64,000 nt of DNA from Hormiphora californensis (Eukaryota > Animalia > Ctenophora): the NCBI GenBank assembly GCA_020137815.1, contig CM035355.1, positions 4,588,001-4,652,000 of the forward strand. Direction: 5' to 3'. Below, piece after piece: positions 1 through 14,770 of this stretch. The notes below the pieces were generated by a model. The model saw only the letters and a list, made by a program, of their open reading frames with translations, ran no database searches and was not told the origin of the DNA. The position numbers and the translations under genes were made by a program. Every line of letters starts with the position of its first letter. Position 1 is the stretch's first letter.

Positions 1-2433
1 CTGCCTTTTTAAATAGAGTTTTAGTCCCGAGTGGGTCCCAAATACATATCGCCATTCGCCATGTAATCCAACCTAAATATCGCTTGTTTTCTTCTAACCC
101 TGATCCTTTTATACGGATCGCACGGAAAGAGCGTCGAGCAAATTATCGCTATGTGATCAACTTACCACAATCTCACTGTCCATCACATCCTTGAGGCTTT
201 GAACGGCTGTTTTGCAGACTTCGCAAGGACCGGCAGCAGATAAACCAACCAGGGCAATTAGAATAAGGAACCTCATCTTGTACTAAACTTTGAAGATCAC
301 ATTTTATTTGGCCATCAAATTTATAATGCATACATTGTTTCTGCTAGCCTGTCTAACTGTCTTCTCTCTCGATATCGATCTCTCTACCCCTCACTGTCTA
401 TCCCTCTCTCGCTCTTTATATCTCACTATATTATCTCTCTCCCACTCTCTCTAATCTCTCTGTATTTCTTGATGAACTTGCACAATATATACTTGTTGTT
501 CATGCATCTGTTTCACGCTATGTTTCAGGCGGGAATAGTTAAAACACATAGTTAGTAAAAGTTGACACTTTTTTAATGAAGGGGGACCGATAGTTTTAAC
601 TTTTAGTCACTACCTATTTCCGTTCCCAAATACTCATATTACATCTGCTTAATTTTATGTTTGATTATTGTAATTTCGCCGTACAAACTTTGACGTACGT
701 CTTTATCCACTTCGTTCTTAGGAACGATTTGCCTACCCAATACCACGTCAGCGACGACTTACCCCCTCACTTTTTAAACAGTTCTGTCCTTACTCAACAA
801 GTCCTTACGCACAATTCATTTCTTATTTACCTACTCTTACTGTTCACGTTGCCAATTAGCAAACATATCTAATTGATACAGGCTACCTAGCACAGGCTTG
901 CCTCTTTTTGAAAATTGAGGCTACTTGTTACAAAAAATGTCACATCATATGTGACAAACTCCCCCATATTATAGACCGGGTCATGTTACACTTGACAGAT
1001 AACTACTACAGATATACCGCAAGTTATTACACTAATTAGTTTAGTCGACTCACTTTTCCTGTCTCACTCTCACTAGACCCTGTCAGAGCATTGGCCTGAC
1101 CGCTAGGGTAGACCCTGTCATGTGTCAGTTTGGTTATTTAGTGTAACTTGCTACATTGGATTTAACTTTAATTTGTGGCCTATTGCTGTATTCTTGTTCA
1201 CTGACTCAATATAACCTCCCTGCCCGTGATATGGAATATGCCTCCCTGCCCTTGCCAGCCACAAAAACATCCCTGTAGACCAGAAGTTATTAACATAGTG
1301 GATGATTATACATTGTATAACAAACTCCCCATTCCCCAAGACCCTACAAACAATAGCTCCCTGGGCAGATGGGAAACAAGGCATAAAGAAGTAGCAAAGT
1401 TGAGAAATGACAGTCTCTTAAATAGTCAAATAGTCCACAATTTAATATGTCATACTCTTTATCTTTCTCTCTTTCTTTCCCTCATTCTTTCTCGTTTCCC
1501 TCTCTTTTTTTCTCTCTTTTTTCTTTCTCTCTTCCTTTCTCTTTGTCGCAACCTGTGAAATTTAGTAACGCCAGACGTTAACAGGATTTGGCCACTTGGG
1601 ACAGCGAAGCAGCTAGAGAAATAGAGCGAGTGAGAGATAGGTAGAGATAGATAGAGAGATAGAGTGAAAGACAGATGGGCCTCTATCGACTGTCTCATTC
1701 TCGCTTAGTTTCACACAGCTAGTCAGGAGAGGTGGGGAAAATAAGAATTACTACCTTTGACTGATCGGGTTCATCCCTCAACTCCCGACTTGTTAATTAC
1801 TAAGTTGCAATTTAGTCACGAAGAGCAAGGGAGAGAAAGGGAAAGAGAATAAAGAGAGGGGCTTTGGATACTCCTGACCTTCTGGTGCAACTAATTTGTT
1901 TAGCCCTTGACGTGTTAATGTTTTCTTTGTCTAGTAGGATGTCTCAGCGGGAAGGTCGAAAGAAGAAGCTGGCGTGAACTGTTCAATGAACAGTGTTTAA
2001 ACCTAATATCATAGAACATATTGTATATGGTCTGATAACTCGAGGTTTGACTGTAAACTTTCGATGTGATACGGAGTATCGATATACACGGTATTTCGAG
2101 GAACGGTGTATTTAGTTTTTTTATAGTCCAACTAAATGTTCACCTCGGTGGCTCGCTCGGCACCATGTGCACGTATAACAGTGTACACGCAGTGAGAAAC
2201 AAGTTATCATTGTTCCTATCATTTTATCTCCCAATGATATTAACATGTCCCAATGATATTAACATGTCCCAATGATATTAGCATCTATGTTTCTACTCAT
2301 TACTCACACACAAACTATAGATATAGACTGATAGACTAACGACTTCACCCACAAAGGCAATTCGTATAATCGTATGTGTTTTTTATCTCTAAATTCTCTC
2401 TATTTCTCTCAATCCCTCTCACTTTCCCTCTCA

Positions 2434-2494
<61 letters not shown>

Positions 2495-2980
2495 TATCAT
2501 TTTCCCTCTTTTCCCATGACCTTCAATAGTTCAGGCAACACCCGTCACCCGCCACGCAAATATCACAACAGCAGCAGTTGGGTTGGGCTGCATATATTGG
2601 TATTTGGTAAAGCAAACACTGCAGAGAAAAGAGAGAGAAAGAGAGAGAGAGGAAAGATCTCTAATAAGTATTTGGGATGATGATTAATCATGATAAGTTG
2701 ACCTAACTTGCGTTGATTGATAATTATAATGGGTGATGACAAGATGCATGTCCCGACCTACTGCACCGAGGCCACACCTGATTGTCTGAACATTGCATCC
2801 CCAGCCTACTGGTCAATTCAACTGCAATATGTGTTTTGATATGTCAGGCTGTTGAGAAGACTTTGTGGCCTAGTAATTGCTTCGTTGTTTATTCACGACA
2901 TACCACTAACCACTTCTTATCCATTCTTGTCCACTTCAATCTGTTCACATGCCTCTAACCCCATCTGTTAGTTTGTAGCA

Positions 2981-5900
2981 ATGAAGGGGATGGACATGGG
3001 CGGGATGCAGAATGGAAGTATGGAAACTGACGGGATGGGAGGGATGGGATCTCCTGCAGCAGGTAAATTGTAAAACTGCGTAGAAGCGCTAATTCAGTTC
3101 TCTCAAATTAGTTTGTGTTTGTTTCGTCTTTCCCCTCTTTACCCTTGACCCTCTCTCTCTTCCACTTTTCAGGATCCCACAAGATGGATGGACACATGGT
3201 ACCAGATAATTCCAGCATAGCTATGATGATGATGCAGATGACATTTTACGCGGGCGTTGATGTCACCGTCCTATTCGATCAATGGGAGGTAAATTGTAGG
3301 GGGTTTGATTTTCTAAAACTTCCCCTTTTTCGAATCTGTAAGTGTACACTTGCAGTTACTAGCTTAGGGGGTATGTATAAACCCGGATAGCCCGGATAGT
3401 CCGGATAATTGATGTTTTCAGAATAGCCCGAAGGACAATCCTGGATATCTGGGCCTGATTATCTAATGTAATATGTATCCGTATTATACGAGTCATCTAG
3501 GCTTGGTTACTGGAGTATTCCAACTCTAATATGCTTGAATTTCTTTCCTAAAAGTAGCCATTATTCGGGCTATCCGAACTATCCGAGTTATCCGGGTTTA
3601 TACATACCCCCTAATATGTGTTGTTGGGGTTAAGTATAGTCCAATCATTAGTTTATGGCGGCATTCTTGGCCAAAATCGACAAAACTTTTCTGGAGTTTA
3701 ATTCAATTCGTTAAACTTTGTACGTTGTCATAACTTACTTTATGAAGGAGCACTAAAAAGTAGTAGAACATAATTCTAGTTTGTTTGTGATTGTTGCGTC
3801 TAAATTATAGTCATAACTTGATCATGCATTTGGCATTTTACGCGGGCGTTGATCTCACCGTCATATTCGATGCATGGGAGGTAAATTGTAGGGGGTTTGA
3901 TTTTCTAAAACTTCCATTTGTCGACGTTTTAAAATATTTTCTGTTAAGGAGGGTTTAAGTATTAACTATTAAATAATTTTCAGACTAAAAACATTGGAGG
4001 ACTAATCGGGACAGCACTATTTTGGTTTACTCTGGCAATCCTATTTCAAGGACTCAAAAAACTCCGTGTATACGTAAATAGGTAGGTTACAGCTTTCTAA
4101 CTCGGACTTGAAACAAAAGCTTTTGACTTTTATTACTAGCCTGTATTGAATTCACTGTACTTTATTGATAAAGTTTATTTATTGATAAAATCAGATAATA
4201 TATACTAACAGCTGTTCTTGCAGAACGCGGATGAGGGGAGGATGGAGAGGTTTCAACCACTCGACTCTACCTGATACCGGGGAATCCTCACCAGCCCTTT
4301 CTCCAGATGTTACGTTACAGGTGATTTTCCGGTAACCAAATTCTCGAAAATTTATACCAATACAGTGTAATGCCTGGCCAGTGACAAATTTTCTCTCACT
4401 GCTTTTTTGTGGGCGTAGAGCTCATGAGAACTGCAGCAGTGGTCAGTCTGATGCCTGACAGCTAGTAGATTGGAATCTCAATTATATATTGTTCATGTGT
4501 GTCTGCTTCATGTTTAGTTTAGAATTTAACTGTGGTCAGAAAAACAAATTCTCACCAGTTCTCTTTCTCTATCTCAGAAGTTTCGTATTGATTATGGTGA
4601 TGGTCCTGTGAGTGCAGATGTTGTGTTTTCGTGTGTTATCATGAGCGATAGTTGTGTCCATGTTTATGTACATGGGTTTTGTTGACTGCATATTATACTG
4701 CCTGTGTAGTGTTTATGAATCGTGTAATGCGGGAAAGCTCACCTCCCTACCTCTGATAAATGCTGCTTGTATATTTATGTAGCCTGTAATGTAATAGCGA
4801 ATAAAAGCGATGTGACGTGTGTGGATTGTTGAAGTGTGTGTGCATATATCAGCTGCTAGTGCACAATGTTTTTTACCAACACATCCTGTCACTTTAGTGT
4901 TGGGTTGACTGCATAAACATGAATTTATATTACCCTGCCGTATATAATTATGTAGATACTAGATATCTCAAGACTAAAGACTGTTATTACAGCTCTTATA
5001 GTTTGTCACTGTCTAGTTTCTCCCCAAACCTTATACAATTATTACTACTTGCAGGATGTCCCCGTTACTCGAAGAGACCGGATTAAGATAAAGATAATCC
5101 AGTCTTTCCTACAGTTAACTGAAACAACTCTCCATTACCTACTCATGTGAGTACTTACCCTTTTATCTCTTTATCTTTCTCTCTTCATAGTGAATACCAC
5201 GCGTTGTCACAACTTCCTCTCTCATTTACTTACAAACAAACAAACTTTGATACTTTGGCGCCAGTTTTTAACAACACCCCACGGCGTGCCTGGTGAAACT
5301 TTAACACGACCTAGCATGCAACGGGAAACCACCACTTGTACGTGGTAGCTGAGGGTCTACAGAATGGCGCTACGGTGCGGGAAAAAAAAGTCCATTCCCT
5401 AAAATCGTTTTTTTAACTTTTATTTGATTTGGGTCAAAATTGGCTATGTTAAACGTGGTCCCGAAAAATCCATAATGACTTAGCACACGAAATATGTCAC
5501 CCCTACCTATTTTTGCACGTAGAATCGATTGCCGTTGAAGTCGAATCTCTAAAATGACTGTAAAATGGTCAAAAGTTGATTTTTTACCATTTTTTGGAGG
5601 TTTTTGGCCCCTAAACCATTGAAAACGTTGAGATAGGGATTTGAAACTAGTGCCAATCGTTAAAATGGTCATTTTTCTACCAAGAACCAAGTTTTCGTGT
5701 ATATCCGATTTATGGTTAGATTTGGGCAAATTGTTGAAATCTGCCAACTAGGAGAACCGTAACTTGATTTTCTTGTTTTTTGGATTTTGGCATTTTTGAC
5801 AAACTTCTGATTGAAATGGTCAATCGGGATCATGCTTAAGTTGTTTATGGGACAATTTTCGACTAAAATCCAAGATTTCATACCAATCCAATAACAGATC

Positions 5901-6992
5901 GTTGATTTATAGAAAATTTAAGTAGGCAAAACGGTCAAAATGACAACTTTTCTTGCTTATTTTGACCGTTTTGCCTACTTAAATTTTCTATAAATCAACG
6001 ATCTGTTATTGGATTGGTATGAAATCTTGGATTTTAGTCGAAAATTGTCCCATAAACAACTTAAGCATGATCCCGATTGACCATTTCAATCAGAAGTTTG
6101 TCAAAAATGCCAAAATCCAAAAAACAAGAAAATCAAGTTACGGTTCTCCTAGTTGGCAGATTTCAACAATTTGCCCAAATCTAACCATAAATCGGATATA
6201 CACGAAAACTTGGTTCTTGGTAGAAAAATGACCATTTTAACGATTGGCACTAGTTTCAAATCCCTATCTCAACGTTTTCAATGGTTTAGGGGCCAAAAAC
6301 CTCCAAAAAATGGTAAAAAATCAACTTTTGACCATTTTACAGTCATTTTAGAGATTCGACTTCAACGGCAATCGATTCTACGTGCAAAAATAGGTAGGGG
6401 TGACATATTTCGTGTGCTAAGTCATTATGGATTTTTCGGGACCACGTTTAACATAGCCAATTTTGACCCAAATCAAATAAAAGTTAAAAAAACGATTTTA
6501 GGGAATGGACTTTTTTTTCCCGCACCGTAGCGCCATTCTGTAGACCCTCAGCTACCACGTACAAGTGGTGGTTTCCCGTTGCATGCTAGGTCGTGTTAAA
6601 GTTTCACCAGGCACGCCGTGACCCCTATTGTTATTGATACCGGAAATACACACGAACACATTTGTAAATCTTTTGTGTGAGTCTCTGGCAGATGTTTTAT
6701 ATCATAGGAACTTCCAACTTGCATGAAACTTATTAGTGAACCAAACTTTTTTTGTTCGATATCACAGAAACAAAATTCTCTCTCTTTCACATTCACTCTC
6801 CAATAATAATTGGTCTCCGTATCTCAATGATTTCTCCCTAACCCCTCACCTACTCTCCCCAGGTTGGTTATTATGACGTACAACGTGTGGTTGGCAGTGG
6901 CAATAATTCTCGGAGATCTAGTTGGATATATCATCTTTGAACCGTACCCGGAGGCCGTACCCGGAGGAGGCGCAGGCAATGGGTGTCATTGA
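2981..6992 (+). CDS. SLC31A1: High-affinity copper transporter CTR1 (SLC31 family), 6 coding exons
   Basis: Exons 2981-3062, 3173-3288, 3984-4081, 4224-4320, 5055-5146, 6863-6992 join in frame with GT-AG ends. Met-rich N-terminus (MKGMDMGGMQ..MMMMQMTFY), VLFDQW, TM2 MxxxM motif LMLVIMTYNVWL, GxxxG (GDLVG) and C-terminal GCH-stop. Confidence 0.93.
3367..3611. mobile_element. MITE in CTR1 intron 2
   Basis: TIR GGGGGTATGTATAAACCCGGATA...TATCCGGGTTTATACATACCCCC flanked by TA on both sides; subterminal CCGGATA repeats. Confidence 0.75.
5280..6620. mobile_element. 1.34-kb foldback element with Chapaev(CMC)-like ends, in CTR1 intron 5
   Basis: Arms 5280-5941 and 5959-6620 are reverse complements (mirror ORFs 5370-5747/- and 6153-6530/+ translate identically), 17-nt spacer; termini CAC...GTG; 4-bp direct repeat ACCC on both flanks. 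Confidence 0.85.
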
Positions 6993-7722
6993 GACTGTCC
7001 TCTTTTTATCGACAAATACTGTTATATCTGAGCGTGTATATTATTTTACTAAATTTTATCCCCGTTTCTATCAATTTCTCACTCTCTCTCTCTTTCCTAG
7101 TCTATATTTCATTCCTTGACTCTCGTTCTGGTTAATTTTCACAGTTCTGCTGATTATTTTAATGTGCAAAAGACACTGGGTAAAGCGTATATTTTTGACA
7201 TTTTTATCAGCTTCTAACAACTATTTCGTAATTTGCATGTTGAATTTTTCAATCTCTTTTTTTGAAATATAAAAATACATATGTAATTCGCTGCTCTAAT
7301 GGTGGGCACTCAGAGCGTCTGGCCCTAATTTGCATCATTATTATTCCTATTTATAAGTGTGTGCGTGTGTAAAATTTCATGAGTCTTCATTTATTTTTCC
7401 CGTGAGAAAATTCGTTTGTTCTTTTTCGTACCAACCCGGAATCCTATAATGAATGGATTCATCATACGAAGACTGCACTGGAGAGTCAGAACAAGGATAA
7501 TAAAGACCTGTCACAAACTGCATTATTAATTGGTCGGTAGTCTCGTGTATAATTGGTAGGGGTGCAGCTCAAAGCTCTATCGAAATGTACAATGTGCAAG
7601 ACTGTGCCTTTTTCGCGCATGCATGTAACGCGCGGTAACGCTGATGTAATGAAAGGACGCGTGCGCGGGAGTCAGCAATACATACCGCGCAGCGTGTCCG
7701 AGTACATTGTACATTTTGTGTA

Positions 7723-7891
7723 CAGTCGGACCCCGACTTCCCGGGATGCTCGGGGGAAAGGGGTTTGCCCGGTAAATAGGGATGCCCGGTATATCGGGGT
7801 GAAAGTCTGTTAATTTCCATATCGGGGGAACTTTGACCTCATGGTAATTCGGGGTTCCGGTAAATTGGGGGCCGGTAAATCGGGGTCCGAT
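7723..7891. mobile_element. Tc1/mariner-type MITE (CAGTCGGACCCCGA family), degenerate right end
   Basis: TA-CAGTCGGACCCCGA start; same family as 20532-21399 and 37178-37334. Confidence 0.7.
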
Positions 7892-10607
7892 TTATGATTA
7901 AGGAAATTGGAGCAGCAATAGCCCCCACAGAGCTCACTTCGGCTTTTTATTACTTCCCATGGTCATAACTTTACCCATGACAAAATAGAAACTTCATTTC
8001 TAGAGGGTGGTAGTCGAAAAGATCCTTCTACAATCCAAAGGTTGACATGTTCCCATTCTGTCGGCTCTCACAGCGGCCCAAAGACCCGGTGTGAGCTTAC
8101 GCGAGGCCGAACGGACAGACTGCGTAGCATGGCAATCCAAAGGTCTCTATTTTGTTATGTGGGGTGGAACTGTTAAACCATGGGAAATAAACAAGATCAT
8201 GTGCATTGTGCACCCATGTTTTGGGCCAATAATAAAGGGGTGAAAATTCGAAATTAAGCTAAAGATTCTTAACGGGAATTGGCTATTGTATCTAGAAAAT
8301 GTTTTGTTCAAGGTGTGAATGAATGAGAGATTTTACTGAGAGCATTTTCGGATTAATCCTGTCAAGCCAATGCTCTGATCACACTCCGAAGAAATGAGAA
8401 CAAGACCCGAATAGGATCAGGCCAATGCTATGACAGGATTAACGATATCTTAGCAAAAACAAAATTCTCTAGTTCCATATATCCCCGCATACCTACAAGT
8501 TCTGATCTATTATTAGGTGCCTATAGGTGCAGGGGAATTATTCGTTCTATTGCCCGGCATGCATGACCTTATTGTTATTCTATAGTAGAGAATTGAGGAT
8601 TCTTCTACTATAGAGCTCAATGATTCGATTTGAAGGCTTGTTGTTTAGGGCTTTCTGTCACCGCAGTATAGGATTTAATGGGTTGTTGCAGAAGTCCCAG
8701 ACAAACATGGAATCCAGTTTAGCCTAGTTTTTCTAGGATAGCAGGACTGAAGGGTCCATGTTTGTTTTGGAGCCTGATAGTTACCTCATTGTTATGAGAG
8801 GTGTCACAGTAGACACATTTTAAACTTTAAAGGGTCTCCTCTACTAAATACCACAAACAAACCGACCCACTTTTTAACACTTTACTTGGCGAACCTACAA
8901 CTTTTAGAGGAGAAGCCGAGAAGGCTGGAGCAAAATAGATAAGAAGAGCCTCGAGTGGCCTTCTGGATTATTAGGATGATTAGGTCATGGCATCACAAAT
9001 ACCGGTTAGGAGCGTGATTTTTTCGAGCATTCTATTCCCGATTGTTCAACAACCTTCTGAGACAGTGTCTCTCTGCTCTTAGTCTTTCTCTCTCTCGCTC
9101 CGTCTCTTCTCTCTCTCTCCCATCAAGCACCATTGTTCGAGATGCTAGTAACAAGCAAGATCATGATACAAAGAAGACCATCCCGGACATTCTCATTTTA
9201 TATTCACAAAAACAGCACGTCATAAAAACTTTTTTCTAGTGCTTTTTATATGCAGATTCCATTAGTCCGACGAAAGGGACATATTGTGTACAAATTTAAA
9301 CTCAGTACGACATATTACTTCATGTCTCCAATATAGAATGACATGCAATATGTGTGTGTGTGTATGTGTGCTTTATAGAGACATATTGTGCTGTGCCGAA
9401 TTATGTGGCAATGATATATTCTTTAACATATTTCTGATTCTTTAACATGCCCCCTGGTGCACCAGGAAATATTTGTAACACTTAAAATGTGGAGGAGCAT
9501 ATCTCTACTGACCTCTGGGTCTTTCGATATCTTATTGGCTGAATAATTTAGAGAGAGAAAGAGAGAGAAGAAAAGAGTAGTAAAACGAGAAAACAGAGAG
9601 AGCGAGAGAGATTTGAAGATAGATAATTCTCGCTTCTTCCCCCCTCTCTCAGGATCGTTTTAAAACATCGTCCCTCCGTCGTCAAGGAGAATGAAGCCGT
9701 GCATGCTAAAAGAACCGTTCTGTCTCCTATAAAAACCAGCATATAACATGGTCGAGCTACAACCGCTTGAACACTAAGTGGGGTGCATGATTCTCTGTAG
9801 AATTAGTATAGCCGCGGTATATGTTGGGTTGCTTGTTAATCCAGACAAGCAGTACAATATACCACGTACTGGCTGCGCACATGTACACATGTACCTGTTT
9901 AACAACAGGTCCAAGTTTTTACAATTTTGTCACCTTTATATTGCCAATTGAGGGGGCATCCGCCATATATCGCTTGCCAGGAAGCTGCTTGACAGTGCTT
10001 GACACACACAGTGGAAAATAGATACACGTGCTTTTGAACATGTAATGGCTCTTCTATCTGCAGTCAACACGTTCAAATGCAATTTTCTGCCGCATCTTGA
10101 TAAAGTGCCACCAGCAGCCCTTGCCAAGCCCCTCCGCCATCTGATAAAGTAGGACATTGAGTACTTTGAGATATCTCTTGCCAAGCCCTTTTGTCTGTCT
10201 ACTGGCTTTTCAACAAGGCTTTTGAGTTTTGAGTTTTGTTAGGACACAACGTATCCGCCCTACTGCAGCAGTACAGATATATATCCTCAGAACATTATTC
10301 GATCTATTGAAATAGTTTGCATTTCTTTCTTGATCATCACTATCGATCTCTAGTCTCTACTCATCCTGCCAATATTATAGAACATTGTAAAATAGCCCTT
10401 GATTCTTTACTTGACCCACTCCACTAGTTTTGTACTCTGAAAAGTGAAAACATTTTAACCCTCTTTCTACCTGTCTAACCTTATCTTATCATCAGTAGGA
10501 CTATCTCCCTCTCGACCACCACCATGGCACCACGACCCGAGGAACACAATATTCTGTTTGTGATGCCCTCCCCTTCGGCATCAGGCACCAACATCACTGA
10601 TGTAAGT

Positions 10608-10699
10608 AGCACGTGACAATCAACACCATATATGGGCATCACGTGACACACAACACCATATATGGGCATCACGTGACATACAATACCATATATGGGCAT
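10608..10699. repeat. 30-bp minisatellite x3
   Basis: CACGTGAC..CAACACCATATATGGGCAT units; closely related to the reverse complement of the array at 26216-26360. Confidence 0.8.
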
Positions 10700-11459
10700 G
10701 AATTTTTTTTCGTCTCCTCTCCTTCGGGAGCAGGCATAAAATTCGCAAAATAAAATTCAGATTTTTCCAAAGTTTACAAAATGAATTTGCGTTAGTTTGG
10801 GGACTGCTAGTGATTATCTCTGCCTCTCTACTCAATAGCATCTTCGTGTTCTAGGAATACTGAATAGCATAACTCCACGTAGCATCCACGTAAACATAAT
10901 ATCACGTTTCTATAAGCCAGAGTTGTATGCTACCCTCCAAAATTCCATTAACGACCTAATTAGATCACAATCTTATGGGCCAGGGTTCCAGGTGACCCTC
11001 TACCTGAGAAGCTACAACTCATAGCTGCTCCCTCATTATAACACAGTTCTCATTGAGCCAGAGTAACGTGAGCTGTACCCAGCATCTATGGCTCATCTAG
11101 ATTCAATACGCCTGAATTGTACTTAACTTGTAGGTCCCTTGCACATACTAGCTGTTATAATAGGCTGCACCACTGCCAATTTGTCAACCACGCCGTTTAG
11201 CGGCGCAAGAACACATTTTGATTCAGCTCTCACGCTAGAAAAGCAACCCGGTACTGTATGGCGGCGCTCAGATGGGTCGCGGCGCCAGACAGACCCGGTA
11301 TGATTTTCAAGTGAATGCAGAATTCAATAGTTTTCCCTCTTTCTATAGAATACGCGACCTTTTTCTTATAAAAACGGGCGACAAGCTAGACTAAATAAAC
11401 AATAGCTTTTATAAACCATGCTTAGATTATCTTTCTCTCTCTCTCTTTCTCTCTCATTA

Positions 11460-11460
<1 letters not shown>

Positions 11461-11555
<95 letters not shown>
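11461..11555. repeat. (CT)n microsatellite
   Basis: Pure dinucleotide run; many similar CT/GA tracts elsewhere (e.g. 2440, 12801, 48215, 53150, 55720, 55990, 62660). Confidence 0.95.
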
Positions 11556-11558
<3 letters not shown>

Positions 11559-12797
11559 CGTATCCCCTCAATCAGGCAGTGAAACTACCACTGCATATGT
11601 AGCTAAGCCGGGATTGCAGGATTATATTCAAAGATTCTGTCTATTTTCTCCTAGACTTCTGGAGAAGGAGGAGAAGCAAAGGGAAAGTAGAGAATTAAAT
11701 TATGTCATTGTCACGTTACTTGGAATTTGGATTATTCCAACGACATTCAGGGGGGTCCGTTCCCTAAATAATAATATGTCCTTGTTTTCATAACGGTTGC
11801 CCCCAACGCGACATAGAGAGAGCTGAGGGGCCTATATAAAGCCCATTTATTGGTGGGTTCTTGGAGTTGTTTGTTTAGTAAAAATGATCAGTCTCTCTCT
11901 CTCTCTCCTAATTGAAATAGGACACTCGAAGTATCACTTCTTCTGCACAACTCTGCACAAGTTTTGCTATTTCCACAACCCCTCCACGTGTCCTACTAGC
12001 GGTATATAGTGTCACTACAACTATATTTAGTTGTAGTTGAACTGTTGTTAGTTGACCATGACCGTGTTTACGAACAGGGTTTCTGATGCAACGGAACTCA
12101 AAGAGGTAAGACTTCACTACAGGTTCCACATTGCTGAGTAAGCACTTATCTAAGTGCTTACTCAACAAGCCCCTTACTCAACAAGCCCTCGTATATGTTA
12201 GAATGTTGTTTTTTAAGACTCTATGCCGAATCGTGAAGACGAAGTTCCCTAAATTACCGGAACCCAGATTTACCGGGCGGATAAATTTCCCCAGTTTAGG
12301 ATTATTGACTTGTTATAATGTTCTAAACCTCTGAATAATGAGTTCAGAGCAAGAATTAGATACGGAAGAAAATCGAAAAATCCCTATTTAATTCTTGCTC
12401 TGAACTCATTATTCAGAATACTAATTAATCTCTCCTTAACCGAGTTCTGCCCGTGTATGTGTGAGATTCCCCATTAAACTGTTGTACAGAGGGCGTGTGT
12501 GTGTGTGTTGATCACCAGAAGGAGATATCAAAATTACTTCCCGTTCTAAACCTCCTTTAAATTTTCGCCGTGAGACGGTGAAATACCAACAATATTTCAC
12601 CTCGACCAAGCAACCAGAAAAACCGGAATTTTTGGGTTAGACTATTGTTGCAAAAAAAACGCCCCTGAATAATCAGACGGAAAAGTTATGTAACTGCATA
12701 TTTAAGAATATGCGTAGCATATTAAATTTTAGGGTTACGTGGAGTGGAGGTGCCGGTACCATTAAATTTTAATGACATCATACACCGCCCATTACAA

Positions 12798-12942
<145 letters not shown>

Positions 12943-14770
12943 TATGAATACTGTCAATTGATAGATATATAGTTCATGTGTATTTTATGACACACCCAAT
13001 AAATCACCTTGTACATGTATCCCACATGTATAATAGTGCCTGTCACAATGTCATATTACATGCAGGTAGTGTTAGGTTAGTTGTTGCAGTTTGATTTTGA
13101 ATCCGAACATTTCATCTGGGGTTGCCCGAATGGAATTTGAAATTTCCCAGTTGTTCACTGATCCGATCCGAGGGCACTGTTGAGAATCAAAACTGGGTCT
13201 GGCGACACCCAACAGGTTGCTTATGGTTTATCATTAGGTATGGAAGCTTCCCCTGTTATGGGTCCCATATCCCGCGAATTAGAAAGTCGAACTCGAGTTA
13301 GAAAGTCGATTTAAGATCATGAGATCTACCAGACCTGGTCAGTGACCAGACCAGTGACCACTCTATTGGAAGTTGACCTGTAGTGCACTAGTATAACATG
13401 ATAGCATTCTACGCCATTCTTTTAGTATAGCTCTATTACTATATTTGTTATTCTACTACTGTTATTGTAGTTGCACTGTACTGTCCCTGTCACACAGCTG
13501 TCGGAGTATGTGCTATTCTTCATCTATTGATCACTATGTTTATTGTTGTTACATTCACCAGATTCAGAATATTATGGCAAATTTGACGCTTTTGTATGGT
13601 CATATCCTGCATTCAAATCCAGTTTTATTTCAGCTTGAAGTTGGTCTTACAACAATGCAAGGCTATAGTTGTCGTCTTCTGAAGGCATGTCACAGTGTTT
13701 GATAAGTTTCTCCTAGTACGTGTGTGTCAGTTTTTGAGTACAGACTCAATTTGACACAGGGCATACTTGGTGTTTCCTACTTGTTCTACCACCAAATTGG
13801 TGAAAGTTAGGTCAGCAGAAGTTAGACTGTGTCTATTCTGAGTTTCACATTGGCACCTTTCGAGAAAGGCACATTCTTTTGGGTGGGTAAAGTAGCAATT
13901 CTGAAGCCCTACTGAAGCCTTTTGAAGAGTCGCAGCTTTAGTTAAACGCATGCTATTAACTGCATAGCAAGGACCGGGTCCTGAGGGTCCTAACACAGCC
14001 AATTAGCCACCTGGCCACTAGAGGTGTTGAGTTTTTAGGGTTCACTTTCGTCCGCTTTCGCATATATTGTGCTAGTTCTAATATTCCCTTACCGAATATA
14101 TTTAGGTTTGGATAGAGGGAGGGAGCGAGAGAGGGGGAGAGAGAAATGCTGTTGCATATCGCTTATCGGGCATATCGCCACCTATTTAGGTTCTAGAAAT
14201 CCTTTTATTTCTCATTATCCTAGTTTTCTTTGCGTTTCCCGTCTCCCGATAGATCTCATTTGCAATATTTTGGTATTCTGTGTCCTTTATTCAGGTTTTA
14301 AGCTAGCTCCTCCATTCTCAACATTTTCTTTGAATGAACAGCATCCGTTTGAAACGCAGAGGGACACCCTGTATAACAGTATAATGGTAGTCGTCCAGGT
14401 AGCCCTTCATCAATTGTGATCATGATTTTACCGATCAAGCAATCGATTCTTCTTGTGATTTTACCCCCACTATCAGCTGTATATCATTCAAGCAACCAAT
14501 TCTAGTCTTCTTGTGATTTTACCGACCATGTAACATGATAAAACCACCTGTTTTAAACATTGTCTAGTAAACCTGCTTGTTATACCACCGTAGCTCGCTC
14601 TCAGTCCACACTCAGTCCACACTCAGCTTCTAACACTGTGCTGCTTGTAGAGCTTGCTTTAGGTATACTGGTAGAAAATCTCTATTTATTATTAGGCTGC
14701 TGCAGAATACATATGTAGTGTCTAATTCAACGTCACTAGCTTTGTATTGTTTTTTTGGTAGAATTATAAA

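Noticed and set aside
2729-2812. Upstream coding exon of CTR1 (MGDDKMHVP..)
   Set aside because: No convincing donor in the phase needed for the acceptor at 2978.
5370-6530. Identical 125-aa and 70-aa ORFs on opposite strands as duplicated genes
   Set aside because: Mirror images produced by the palindrome; no recognisable protein or transposase motifs.
10040-10170. LINE 3'-end remnant (VNTFKCNFLPHLDKVP), and a similar hint at 1290-1380
   Set aside because: Similarity too short and degenerate to support without a database search.
11830-11842. TATA box CTATATAAAG as the SLC34 promoter
   Set aside because: 2.9 kb from the start codon with no linked exon evidence.
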